Both the position numbers and the translations under genes were made by a program. DNA of 34,150 nucleotides from Macrostomum lignano (taxonomy: Eukaryota). Shown here one piece after another: positions 23,001 to 34,150 of this stretch; the stretch's first letter is position 1, and each line of letters begins with the position of its first letter. The notes under the pieces were generated by a model. The model saw only the letters and a list, made by a program, of their open reading frames with translations, ran no database searches and was not told the DNA's origin. The DNA lies in NCBI GenBank assembly GCA_002269645.1, contig NIVC01004825.1:1-34150 (forward strand), given 5' to 3'.

Positions 23001-24789
23001 TACTATTTATACCAGTACACATAACACTAACCTACCCATTGTATCCCACCTATTTTTCAGGCTACTCTGAGTCCACCTCTGAGTCCGTTTATAAAGAGAA
23101 AAGTGGACCCGCCAATCAACGGTTCGCCGCAAACGCCAAAAGGTTTGGGTGCCCTAGCCCGAAGGCGTGATTCATTGAAAAAAAATTCAGTGACGTCGGT
23201 CAAATGTTGCGCGCAGTTATAGACCTCACTTTACTGCGAAAGTGAAAGTCTTGCGAAAGTCCTGCTGCAGGCTTAAACGTTTTCCGACATAGTAAAAGGT
23301 CATTTTAATCAGCCATCCTGACGCACCCGACTTTAAAAAAATTATCGACAGAAGAGCGTGTCGAGGCAGAACTACTAATGCCAAAGTTTTTAAATAGTTG
23401 GAAATCAAATTTTGCGCACGCAGAGCTAAAGTAATGCCATCATGACCAAGTTGATTGACAGTTAAACTTTTTGTAATTCTATTTTAATCCTCCATATTTC
23501 AAGTATCCCCCTCTCCCGCTGGCTCGGGCTGCAAAAATGGCTAAAAATAGAATATTAGTCAGTGGGATATTTCTCCTTAGTACAGTCTTTGTTAGTCAGC
23601 GGGAACGAGAGCATAGCTCTCCGCCCCGGGTAGGCTACTGTGGGAATCTGGGGGTGCACTCCTTGCATGCTGCAACATACAAGCGGTGTACCAGCAGGTC
23701 ATGCGGAGGCCCCGTGATGAGGTAGATGTCTTATGGACATCTCCGAGATCATTCCCTGGCTCCGGGCAGTCACGGAACTGCCACGGGTTCTGCCATGGAA
23801 CTGCCTCTGAGCTTCCTATTGGCCCAGAGCCCTCAGGTTTTAGTATAAATACAGAGTAGAAGAGGGCCCAAAAGAGACCAACCTGCTTGGCTCCGAGAAA
23901 GAGCTAGTATTCCTAGACGCATTTTCTAGACGCACTAGCGTAGCCAGAATCGTTAGACGCTTTCTAGGGATAACCTGCAAGTAAATATTATTTTCAGCTG
24001 CCATTGCTCATTAAGACCGCCGCAGGCCATTTTGACGGCAACACGCCAGACCTCCAACGCCGTCTGAACCCGGTCTCGAAGCCTACAACCTGCGCTGTTG
24101 GGCAACATTGATTTAACACCTAACAAGGTTTAGGGCTTGTGGAGTGGGCGGTCGACTTCTGGGTGATAGCTAGTTAGTATCCAACCTCGAGATACTTCGA
24201 GTTTGGATCTAACTTGGAAGATTTTTCTATTTACCAAGAATGGGTTACGGTCTAGGCTACTGGTTTGGGCGGTACTATTATTTCTGCTCTTATGTACTTT
24301 AATTCGGTATGTTGCTGCCACCAGACTAATGTCCCTTATAGTTAATGTTAAATTAAAATAAGTGAGACAAGAGTCAAACTTATATAAGGTACTTAAAACA
24401 ACGAAAATAGTATTATTACTAGAGCGTTATGGACATACAAACCTTAGAGATTTAGTATATTTAGATAAGCCAAATATGCAAATAGAAAAAAACAATTATT
24501 CTTTATGGTATACTCCGTTTATTATTTAGACTAATGGTAGACTCCCTTAGTCTTCCCTATGTTATTTAGTTGACTATACTATATTCCTATTCTCGGTAGA
24601 CTCCGTTTAGACTAACTGGTAGACTCCTTTTAGCCTCCCTATGTTACCCTGGACTTACCCTTAATTTCCTATATATTTTAAAGAGTTATACTTCTGCTTT
24701 TTACACAATGAGGGACTCCCTTTTATGTTTAGCTTGTTACTTAGCTTGGCTTGTTAGTGACTTGGTCTCTAAATGTTGTCCCGATGGAC

Positions 24790-25601
24790 CGTCCTGAACG
24801 GATGCTTTTCCCGACTAACTAACTAAATAAGTAAATCGGCGCCTCAGCCATTGAACAGGCTCTTACGCCACTAGAGATATATAGCTTCCAGGTTGGAAGT
24901 GTACTAATGTACACTTAAATCCTAATTAGAACTAAGAGGACTGTACATCGAGCCGGGCAGGCGGCGCCAGTCAGGCCGAGAGCGGGCCCTACCCCCGACC
25001 CTCAGAGCGTACGCCTACCCCAAACCCAATTGGCTTATCTAAACCTCCCCGGGGACAGCGAGGGTTCGACGTACCAGTCAGGAAGCCCGTGCCCAAAAAT
25101 TCCGGTTAGTTGGCCCCAAAGCCTATTAGGGTTGGTCCGAAGACCGAGAGCCGTGGCTACCAGCTGGGGCCGACCGCCCACCACCCCCGGGAACTCTTGC
25201 CAAGACAGTCTCTTATCTTTGAAGCGGCAGGAGGGCTAATCGCCGGGACTATTTCACCCTTTGCTTCGCCAACCCGCCATTTCTATAGTGACCGTGCCAA
25301 CCGTCCCGTCCTGTTCAGACTCAGTCCTGGTTGTGGCATACTCCAGCTTTAATAGGGTCGCTGGCTGTTCGCTCAGAGAGCACTCCGAGGGGGACCGTCA
25401 GAGCACCAACTGGAACAGGGATAGGCCCGCCTTCCTATACAGCTACCCACAGCCCTTCCTGATCCACTATTACCCTCCAACCCAGCCTACTAACTCATTA
25501 CAAGCTTTCGGCCAGGCAGAGACAAGTTTCACAGGGGTACTGCGGTTAGGCGCCTCTATGCGAGACAAAACCTAAACGTCCTGAACGGATGCTTTTCCCG
25601 A
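24790..25601 (+). repeat. Pair of perfect 25-bp direct repeats CGTCCTGAACGGATGCTTTTCCCGA (24790-24814 and 25577-25601)
   Basis: Exact match, 787 bp apart, bracketing a GC-richer segment. Confidence 0.9.
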
Positions 25602-26559
25602 AGCTAAACAGTCTTTTACTAATGGAGAAATCTACTAAGAAGCGAATTCCCAAAACTTCGATTATTTCCGCGAGGGTGAACTACTGATAGCAGTGCAAAA
25701 GCAAAACTGCTTATTCTCGACTTCGGGTTACTAAAATATTCCTCTTGACGAATGGGAATTCATCTGGCAATCGCTCTAGCAAAACTGCTTTTGAATTAAA
25801 CCCCATACAACAGCTTGTTTACTGCAAAACCAGTTGAGCGTTAAATGATAATTTAGGATCGGCCCGTGACCATTATTCACACTAATAAACGTTCAACTGA
25901 CTTGTCTTGGCTTTTTATTTTCTACTTACAGTAGGTTTACCTAGGGATAACCTGTTGAGAATATTACCTGTAGACCTACAAGGTGGCAGTGAACCAACTA
26001 CCAAAACTCGGTCTAATATCTGAAATTAGCTTAATAGGAACTAAGCAAGTGTTCTCGGACCTTAGTGCTAGACCACTCAGGCCAGCTACCCGCCTTGCCA
26101 GATTGTTAGGGGCAGACAGAGAGAGCTAGTAAGCAACATCAGCAGTCATCGAAAGAGTAGAACGCAGGGCATTAAATTATAAATAACAATACTTTATCAT
26201 CACTCTTTCGTCATTTTCTTCATCATTCTGTACTACCGCTAGTAGTACTGCTAATAATCATCTCAATAATACTGTTAGTAATAGTCTTAATACTACTGCT
26301 TCTAACACTGCTGCTAATACTGCCACGTACCCTACCTTTGTTTTTTCACATATTTAACTGTAATAATATTAATAATAATAATAATAATAATTTTAATAAT
26401 AAACTGACGGCTGCAACATTTTGCAGCAATGACAACTAATATTAATTGATAAACGGCAGAGTTGCGATGCCTGTCGAAAACGCATGAGAATTTTCCATAC
26501 GTTTTTGCCGAATGTTGTGTCATTTCGCTAAGTTTACAGCGTACTGGGTTTATAGCTGA

Positions 26560-27050
26560 TGAGCATGCAGAAGAAGCGCTTCTTTTGCGACTCTTTAGCG
26601 ACTGTATAACACTTTAACACATCCAGGGCGCTTATTAAGTGACGCACTAACGATCCATAGTGACGCTGAAGCGCTTCTTTTCCGACTTTTTAGCGACTTC
26701 AGAACGCCACTGAAACGCAGAAAATGTGACTCTAATTCATCAAGCGACGCAAAAGCACTTCAAGCACAACTCAGTGATTTTAATGCGCCTTTAGAACACC
26801 ACAATAATCATTATACCGTCGCCCCTGAGTCACTAGAGCCGCGCCAGAATCACTTGCGGCGCCCCAGAGTCGTTTCAGTCGCAGACAATAAAACGCTTCA
26901 AAGTGATTCTGGGGCGACTCTTTGCCGACTTGTACCGTGACGTCTCGTCGCTTTGATGCGTTTAGAGTCACTTCTTTCCAATTTGACCAATGTCATCTGC
27001 AACGCGCCTGAAACGACTCAGGGGCGCCGCAAGTGGCTCTGGGACGCTTC
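26560..27050. repeat. Internally repetitive foldback-like segment with direct and inverted sub-repeats
   Basis: 35-bp inverted repeat 26844-26878 vs 27008-27042 (3 mismatches). GTCGCCCC(T/A)GA(G/A)TCACT occurs in both orientations (about 26818 and 26900-26920). GAAGCGCTTCTTT...CGACT..TTAGCGACT occurs twice (about 26570 and 26668). Confidence 0.7.
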
Positions 27051-28535
27051 TTGGCCTAGGTACGGCTTTCATCGGGATACAGCAGTCAATCAGTAACACT
27101 CAAGCAGTCACTCAGAAACAACCATCTCACACCGAGTAGCAGCACTCTTAGCAGTCACAGTCTAACACGCAGCAAACCACTACGTAATCTATCACTACAC
27201 AGCAGAAGCAGGGAACCACGCAGCAATAACCAGTTCACTCTCAGCAGCAGCTCACTCAGCAGCTCACTAAAATAGTATACAGGCTGTTAGTACAGCTGGC
27301 CAGGCTAATAAAAATAATAAATCGGCAGCCAGTATGGCTGACCAGGGAATCTCGAGTCAAATCTCAAGCATGCAGCATCAGGCAGTCAACTAATCTTACC
27401 AATAACCAAACTTAGCAAACTAGGGCAACTAATTTAAGAAATGTAACCCCAGTGGTCTTCAAGGTGGCCCTGGAAGGCCAAGAACCCAATTAAATTCGAA
27501 TGGCTCTTGAAGCATAATTTTCAAAAAAACAAAAAATACCTTCCCTTTTACAGTTTAAATGAAATACATTTCATTCATAATAAACTACTAAGGTGAGTGA
27601 TAGCGTAGCGTGACAGTTAGCCCGTCTCATTCTAGAATTCTGGTAAGACGCTTAGCCGTATTTCGACGTTTTTGTCTGGGGCAGCAATTCCCAGAGGTGC
27701 CAGTTTAGGCCAAGAAAAATCGCTCTTAATACGGATAATTGCGACCCTATAACATTCGGTGGCATTAGGCCGGGTACAAAGCCTGAAGTCACCACAATTC
27801 TGTCAACGTTACATTTGGTTAGCATCGGTGGAATATTCGTTAATTCAATGGTTCCGATATATTTTTTCGACCCGTTACACAATCTCATCACAATCGACGT
27901 TAAACGAACAACCACCAGAAGTTGAGGAAAATCTATCGGTGGAAGATAGTCAGTCTGGATCAAAGTATACGTTTCTCGCTAAGTTTTCTCAATGAAGCAG
28001 TTTTCCGGGCTATGCGAAAAGTCGCTACATGTTGTCTGAGGATTACTTACATAGCGTATCATATTCGGAAGCATAAATTCTGAAAAAGCAAGCGGAATTT
28101 TTTGACCATTAAAGCGGAGTGTAAAATTGAAGGATGCCGAAGAAACTACGCTTTAATAATGAAAATACTACCACATTTTGAACGAACAACATGGACTTGA
28201 AGGTTGTTATCACTGGAAGATTAAGCCATCAGGATGCTACGGCTAGCTGTTTTCGTAGAACGATTGAATCATAAAAACGTAAAATTTACGATATAAAAGA
28301 TGCCGGTGCCGTTGAAGCATTCCGAAGGCGCTTTCTTGCTGTCGAAATTTATCATTAGCTCTATCGTGCAACTTTGTTGTGTAGTAAGCCACAAGTTTAC
28401 GGCTAGGTGCCCCACATCTCAGCAGTCCTTTCACTCTCGCTCTGAGCTGTTGTGTGCTCTGAGCTGTCTCCTCTTCAGCAGATGGAAGTGAGTACTATAG
28501 TTTGTACATGTTTTAGTACATAAAAGTGAACTTGA

Positions 28536-28766
28536 GTACTAAAACTTCTGAAACTTTCTAGCCGTATACTGGCGTCCGATGGAATTATGGCATTCGTCGA
28601 CCAAAGCACTCCGGTATATACCAGCACATCGAAGCCCTTTGAGCTGGCATCAATGCCAAGAACAATTCGATCTGATGGTCATAGTTGTGGGGTATTTGTA
28701 TGCCTGTACACTAGGGCAATAGTTCTTGGTTCTGGGCTCCGGTTCAAAAACAATCCGATGCTCTAG
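28536..28766 (+). pseudogene. Possible Ulp1/SENP (peptidase C48)-like protease remnant
   Basis: The frame reads ...SMPRTIRSDGHSCGVFVCLYTRAIVLG, resembling the C48 catalytic-Cys motif (QxNGxDCGVFVC). The oxyanion Gln is missing and the His/Asp spacing is not convincing. Confidence 0.35.
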
Positions 28767-29771
28767 GACGATACAGAAAGTAAATTTGGAATGTGATCCA
28801 GGCCTACAGCTATGGAGGAACGCAGAAAGATGTAGCAACCTGTAGCAAATCAGAGCCTAAGGCTTCAGGCGTTGTTTGTCACATAAATTGGATAATTACA
28901 AGCAATTTTTCTATTTTAGATTTTATTAGATTACTAAAATAAAAAATATGAACTTTGCTTTTGCAATATGCAGATTCTTAACTCAATTTTTTAGTCGGCG
29001 CATATATGTATCAGAAAGTACGAGCGTAACGAATATTCAAAGCATACCGATTCGATAGAGAACATTACATAGTTTGCATATGAATAATGTGACGATAAGA
29101 CGTAGAATTTAATTAGCCTATAAATAAAAAGTATAGGTCGATAAAGGAATACTTCATTCTTTATACAGTTGATAAGGACTGTTAATTATAAAGTTATTAC
29201 GAATATCTTCGATCTAGGTATAACTTAATAAATAAACAATTATGAAAAGAAGTTTTTGATTGATGCAAAATTATTTCTTTTAAACACAATCTAGCTCTCA
29301 TAGTATCTTCTAGTCTTAGTAAATGAATTCACTTGTAATTATCACGGGAAAGAATTATTGACTACCATATAAATATTCTATATATAACTTAATATCAAGT
29401 GGAAAATAATCACAACCCCTATGTTAGTGCACTTTAAATTATCTAAAGATCTGGAGCCGGCGGAGGCTGAACGAATGGTAGTGACACAAGAGTGGCGAAC
29501 AAGGATCAAGTAACGCATCTGTCATGGAAACATGGGGACGACTTCAAGGCAACAAGACCGCATCAGTGTTGAAGAAACAAAGAATCATCTACACAAATGA
29601 GCGAAATCAGATGTGTAGCTCAAGCATGTAGTCATTTGCTGAATCTGAAATGCGTACTCTTACTTCAAATTCTGGAACGGTGACCATTAATGTCCGTGTC
29701 AAACCGTGGTGCATGTGCCCTTGTCTATTTGGCGGGGCGCAATGCACTTTGGGGCTGGCTGGGAGAGGGGG

Positions 29772-30423
29772 TGACGTGCGTGGCAAGGTCTGGCTGGCCC
29801 CTGGGCTTTGTGTTAGCGAAAGGGGTTAGCGAAATGGGCGGCAACGCCTCCTCGCTGTTTCCGGACGCACGGAACCCCTGCAACGAAGTCAAGTAAGTCA
29901 AGGGCTTTGTGTTTGCTCCTCCCCAGGCGGGGTTTTGATTGGCTGGCCAGTGTGTGTTTTCTGTATTCGTTGGCTTAGCCGGTGGGAGCCATCTGCCCCT
30001 AGGCCTGGATTTGCTATTTAATGGCTTGCGCCCCTTTTTCGCCTGCTCCTACACCCTTTTTATGCCTGGGCGACTCACTACCTCGGTCGCAGCGATTTTT
30101 CGATACTGATTTGAGTAAGTAAGCAGCATAAGTAAGCAGCAAAGAAAAGTTTAAGAAAACCCACAGAACGGGTCAGAGAAAGACAGAGATTAAACGCCGA
30201 CTATTAGTCAAGACAGATCAACAAATCAGCACCGATTTGAGTACTGCAATCGAGTTCGACTTTCAGTCGATTGGCGTGTTGTGCGTACTCCATGTGAACA
30301 TATTCCACGTCTATTTGCTCTGTGAATACCAACTTCGAAGAACTTCGAAGAAAAGAAAGCCATTTACTGCACTTGGCTGCTATTCCTAATAGTTAGGCGC
30401 AACAGTTAACTTATAGGCGCAAC
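29772..30423. mobile_element. Possible LTR (TG...CA) next to the Gypsy fragment
   Basis: PPT-like GGGAGAGGGGG (29761-29771) directly precedes TG at 29772, and the segment ends GCGCAACA at 30423. ATTGG and TATTTAA motifs lie inside. No second LTR or TSD is present, and the orientation conflicts with the minus-strand integrase. Confidence 0.3.
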
Positions 30424-30438
30424 AGTAAATCACTGGAA

Positions 30439-31375
30439 CCTTAGAGTTCCACCTCCATGCCGATGTCAGGCAGTTCCGGGTCGCCTGCAGCGAGCACCTC
30501 CGGATGGCGCAAGCTGGGCTCGAACAGGCTAAGCTGCGGCTGGCTGTTCTGGAACGGGCTGATCGGCTGGTTCGGCTTCGCTGTCGTCACTCGACTCGTA
30601 GGGCAACATTGGCCGCTCAGTCTGGCGCGGCGGCTCCTGCGGTCGGTCTGCCATCATCTGCGGCACCTTGATGATGTTGTTGCGATGTAGACACATCTCG
30701 GCTGGGCGTCCCTGTCGGGCCGTCGCAGGCTTGATCCAGTACGCCACTTCTCTAACTTTCCTAAAGACCTTGTACATACTCTTGTACGGCCGGTGGAATT
30801 TGGGCAGCTCTCCCAACTCGAGCTTCGGGTTGGCCAGGCAGACAAGGTCGCCAGGCTGCAACTCCACGGGCTTCGGTCGATTTTCGTAATACTCCTCTCG
30901 GCGCTGGATCTCTGTCCTCTGTCTCTGTCGTACAATTCGTTCTGTCTCGGCCAGTCTACGCTGATGCTTGGCAATGTACTCCGGGAGATCTGCTGATACG
31001 TCCAGGCGGTCTAGGTTGTTATCGATCAGGTAAAATTAGGGCACTCCGTAGACGACATTCTTGCAGGAGAGTTTTTATCGTTTTGGCGCGCTGTTCTTCA
31101 TGGCGAAAGCGAAGGGGTATTTCGACGTGGTGTCGACATAGGTCAGAATGTACTTGTTGCCTCGGTCTGTCGGATCGCCAGTGGGGCCCTGGCTGTCGAT
31201 AGCACATCGCCTATAAATTTCACATACCGGAAACGATTGTACATGCGCCGGAATTCGTCGCCGTCCTTTGCTCTGAGTGCAGGTCTGGCAGGAAGCGACG
31301 TAGTCGGACACTGCCTTGGCCAGGGCAGGTCGCCAGAACCTTATGCCTATTGTCAACGCTAGTGCATGGTGGGCC
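30439..31375 (-). pseudogene. Ty3/Gypsy-type integrase remnant with internal deletion and frameshifts
   Basis: RFWRP...YVASCQTC (C-terminal half of the HHCC finger), AIDSQGP...GNKYILTYVDTTSKY (start of the rve core), YGVP joined to FYLI at about 31036-31040, then ELQPGDLV...KFHRPYKSMYKV (GPY/F-like module) and a Pro/Glu-rich tail. Confidence 0.85.
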
Positions 31376-31449
31376 AGGATTTTAGAAATTTATAAGTCGT
31401 TGATGATGAAATTTCATTCCATTGCCTCGCCTCTTCAAGTATGAGTGTC

Positions 31450-32300
31450 AAGGCGGTCTACTGTGCATGAGGTTGCTCTTGTTTAGCACAAATTCTCTTG
31501 CATTGTGCAGGCTGTGATAATGTCAGCATTATTCAGCAGACAGAATAGTGTGTTAAGCATTCGCGCCTTAGAAGATGGGCAATTGTGAGTTGAAAAGTTT
31601 TCCTAGCTGTGATATTTTACTGTTCAGATAAATAGGTGTATGCACAGTAGGCAATGCAGTACTGCGGTATATAGCTTAGGAGAATTGAAATGTGTGCAAC
31701 ATATAAAATAATTGCCTCTGCTCATTAGGTTTGAGCAGTACGGCGTTCTACTGTGCAATTTGATTGCCTTTGTGTGTGACACACCACTATTGAATTTTGC
31801 TTATTGATAATGTCAAACTATTCAAACGTTATCCAGTTGCAAGCTGCGTGTCACTCATGCGCTTTAGAAGGTGGGCGATCGAATTTCATATAGTTTATAG
31901 TAAAATTGCCGACGATAGTGCACAGTAGGCAATGCAGTACTACGACTCTCGATTTTTTGCCTAGAATCATTAAGTGTGAGTACGATGGCGGCTTGCTATG
32001 CACGTGGTTGCCTACGGGTAGCATCTTATTGCGTGCTACTCGTTCGCCTTAGAACGTGGGCATTCGATTAATAATTTAAATACCAGAACTTTAATGTCGG
32101 CCTTAGTTTGTGCATAGCAGGAACTTCAATATTGCGACGGCCTATGGCCTAGGTAGGAAACAAATTACCGTGGCTCATTAGAATGAGTTCATTGGCGGTC
32201 TGCTGTGTAGGTGGTTGCACTTGGGCAGCACATTGGTGAATTGGCTGCGCGTAACATCGCCCGCAAAATGTGCAGTAAAGGTCCGTCAAAGTGTGAGCGG
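31450..32300. repeat. Old degenerate tandem array, units about 200-290 bp
   Basis: GGCGGTCT(A/G)CTGTG...GGTTGC-like motif at 31452, 31742, 31987 and 32194; GCACAGTAGGCAATGCAGTACT at about 31643 and 31920; CGC(C/T)TTAGAA..TGGGC three times. Confidence 0.7.
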
Positions 32301-32898
32301 CATCGTTTGGCATTGCTTTGATATTGCTTTAAGAAATAATATTTTGCCTTACAAAAAAGCTATTATATTATTGAAATGTTTGAGATAAACTATCCTCTTA
32401 CTGCCTATTCGATGCACGACGCTTTGAGTTTTAGACAGTCTTCTACTTAAAAATTATCAAATATAGCTGCTTTAAAAACAAAACTTTGATTTATGATTAC
32501 AACTGTGTCTAATTATGGACTTATCACGCAAAGTTGCCCTGCCTCATCCAGGCATGAAACGTGATCATCTGTTTACTGCAGTCGTATCCAATGGCTTCAC
32601 GAGCCTGTGGGAATAAGCCGTTCTTTAGAAGTCAAGAGTCTAGAATAGTTTTTATCTACTGTGGAATATGTAAAAACTCTTGTCTCTAAATTTTGGCAAC
32701 AGAATTGGAACGGCGCAAGTGTAATCAATGACTTTTAATTAAAATGACTTTCGACTTTACATACACTTTGACAATTTAAGTATTGTAAATTACAAGTATC
32801 CTAAATATTTTTTTCGAGTCACAAATTTAATTAACTAAGTAGACCACGTAAACTAATAAACTAATAATATATTATTCCTTCAAAATTTGTTATACTAC

Positions 32899-33296
32899 GT
32901 TATACTAAGACCTAGTTTTACTAGGTCTCGGTCTTTTGAGCTTTTAGTGTGTGAAATGTTTTTTATACTTTTTTAGACACTTACAATGGATAAAATGCTT
33001 AGTATGATGCAATGTTTATCAGAATAAGAATTCAGTCAGCCAGTTTTTTTCTATAATTCTTACTATGCATTTCTCGTGGAAAGGGCTACTTGACCTTTGC
33101 AGAAAAGTACTTTTTCTTTTTAGCTTTTTAGCTTTTTTAGCATTGACCCATTTCTTAGCCACGATACATGTACCCTCACGGAAAAATTTCTGATCTAATG
33201 GTGCAAGTTTGAAGAAAATCGGTTCACACAATGTCAAGTTAAGCCAAAGTTCGTATAGATACATAGGTCGGTATATAGCTTTATTTTTAGTATAAC
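32899..33296 (-). mobile_element. About 400-bp HINE-like (Helentron-associated) non-autonomous element
   Basis: Perfect 10-bp terminal inverted repeats GTTATACTAA (32899-32908) and TTAGTATAAC (33287-33296). A 9-bp-stem palindrome AGACCTAGT-TTT-ACTAGGTCT (32908-32928) lies at one end. Internal GAACCGATTTTCTTCAAACTTGCAC motif on the minus strand. Confidence 0.6.
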
Positions 33297-33429
33297 TGAA
33301 TGAATGATGATAATTAGTCACTTGGTTTGTATTTTTTTGCTTTCAGATGTCAAAATTTTACTTTTACATCGGCCGCGATGGCGGGCCTGCCAGTGGAGGC
33401 GGTTGCGGCCGCGGCGATGGCGGCCATCC

Positions 33430-33510
33430 CGGTGGCAGCTGTCTGTATGTCTGTCTGTCTGTCTGTATGTCTTAGTGTCTATCTGTATGTCTTAGTGTCT
33501 GTCTGTCTGA
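33430..33510. repeat. (GTCT)n/(GTAT) microsatellite preceded by GC-rich GGCCGCG(GCG)ATGGCGG repeats (33371-33425)
   Basis: Read directly. The arrangement resembles the 5' core of DINE-1/HINE-like elements, but no termini were resolved. Confidence 0.8.
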
Positions 33511-33516
33511 GCCCGA

Positions 33517-33906
33517 ATGGAAGTTACGACAGAAGCAGCAGTTCCAGCTGAACCTACCGGACCTTCCAACGCTTTTCGTGATGAGAAGAAGCTGAGACGG
33601 TCAATCCAGGAGAGAGCAACGACTGCTTTCAAGAGAGCTGAAAACAGAGGCCCGATTCCATGGAAGCAAATGGAGAGTGACAAGCAAAACAAAACCAGAT
33701 TTGCACGCGGAAGATTTTATCTTGATTTCAAGTCACCCCATCATTTAAACAGGGCGGAATGTGTTCAGTTGGCCGAAAAGTTGGAAAATACGGATTTGGT
33801 ATTTGTCAACTACCAACATTCTGACCTTGTTGCAGGTGCAGTGCATTCGGCCCAGCCGGCCCCAGAGACGGCCAGCCGACACCAGCCACGGCCGCTGCAA
33901 CAATAG
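33517..33906 (+). CDS. Hypothetical 129-aa ORF, no recognised family
   Basis: ATG start, non-repetitive protein-like composition, and a further 55-codon open stretch (33921-34088). No motif recognised. Confidence 0.25.
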   Translation: MEVTTEAAVPAEPTGPSNAFRDEKKLRRSIQERATTAFKRAENRGPIPWKQMESDKQNKTRFARGRFYLDFKSPHHLNRAECVQLAEKLENTDLVFVNYQHSDLVAGAVHSAQPAPETASRHQPRPLQQ

Positions 33907-34150
33907 CCACGAGTGCTAAAATGAACATCCCGGCAGACAAACCTGATGAGTTTGATAACTACGAGCTTGGATCTAGAACCAGCGCTTATCGAGAATTTTT
34001 TCACAAATACCAAAGCAGTGCAACAGTGCCAGCGCAGCCGCAGGGAGCTGCTACTGTACTGACTAACACCAGCGTCGCAGGTGTTTAACAGTAATCAAAC
34101 AGGCATGTCTCATTCAGCTTTAGAGACGAGAGCCAATCCGACCACTATCA

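Noticed and set aside
23687-24124. Solo-LTR-like segment (TG...CA with ATTGG at 23818 and TATAAATA at 23844)
   Set aside because: No matching TSD, PBS or PPT, and no second copy in the window.
27652-27963. Minus-strand ORF with LTNIPP...GFVPG, faintly like CACTA Tnp2
   Set aside because: The similarity is only a few residues and conflicts with coding-like signals on the opposite strand.
29440-29720. Stop-riddled frame resembling an integrase zinc-finger (RMVV...RICHG...DV...C)
   Set aside because: Too degenerate to support without an HMM search.

Overview
Eukaryotic, transposon- and repeat-rich DNA, probably from an invertebrate animal (AT-rich GT-AG introns, Helitron/HINE-type elements). 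The species cannot be identified and no host gene is clearly supported. The dominant feature is an apparently intact, spliced, minus-strand Helentron/Helitron2-type rolling-circle transposase gene of about 2159 aa. It runs AT-hook-like motif, OTU cysteine protease, basic RRSxRL/SPRK region, HUH Rep, then Pif1-like helicase, with no C-terminal endonuclease. Its stop codon is followed within about 15 nt by a >4.1 kb 15-bp minisatellite. A complete 630-bp non-autonomous TC...CTAG Helitron sits in its first coding intron. The rest of the window holds a 527-bp tandem duplication, two long hairpins, a head-to-tail Helitron junction, a 5'-truncated RNase H-bearing LINE with an (AAC)n tail, two more minisatellites sharing an AGCAANNATCC core with the first array, a TpA-rich decayed block, a possible Ulp1 remnant, a deleted Ty3/Gypsy integrase and a HINE-like element. 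All coordinates and counts were made by hand, with no database searches.
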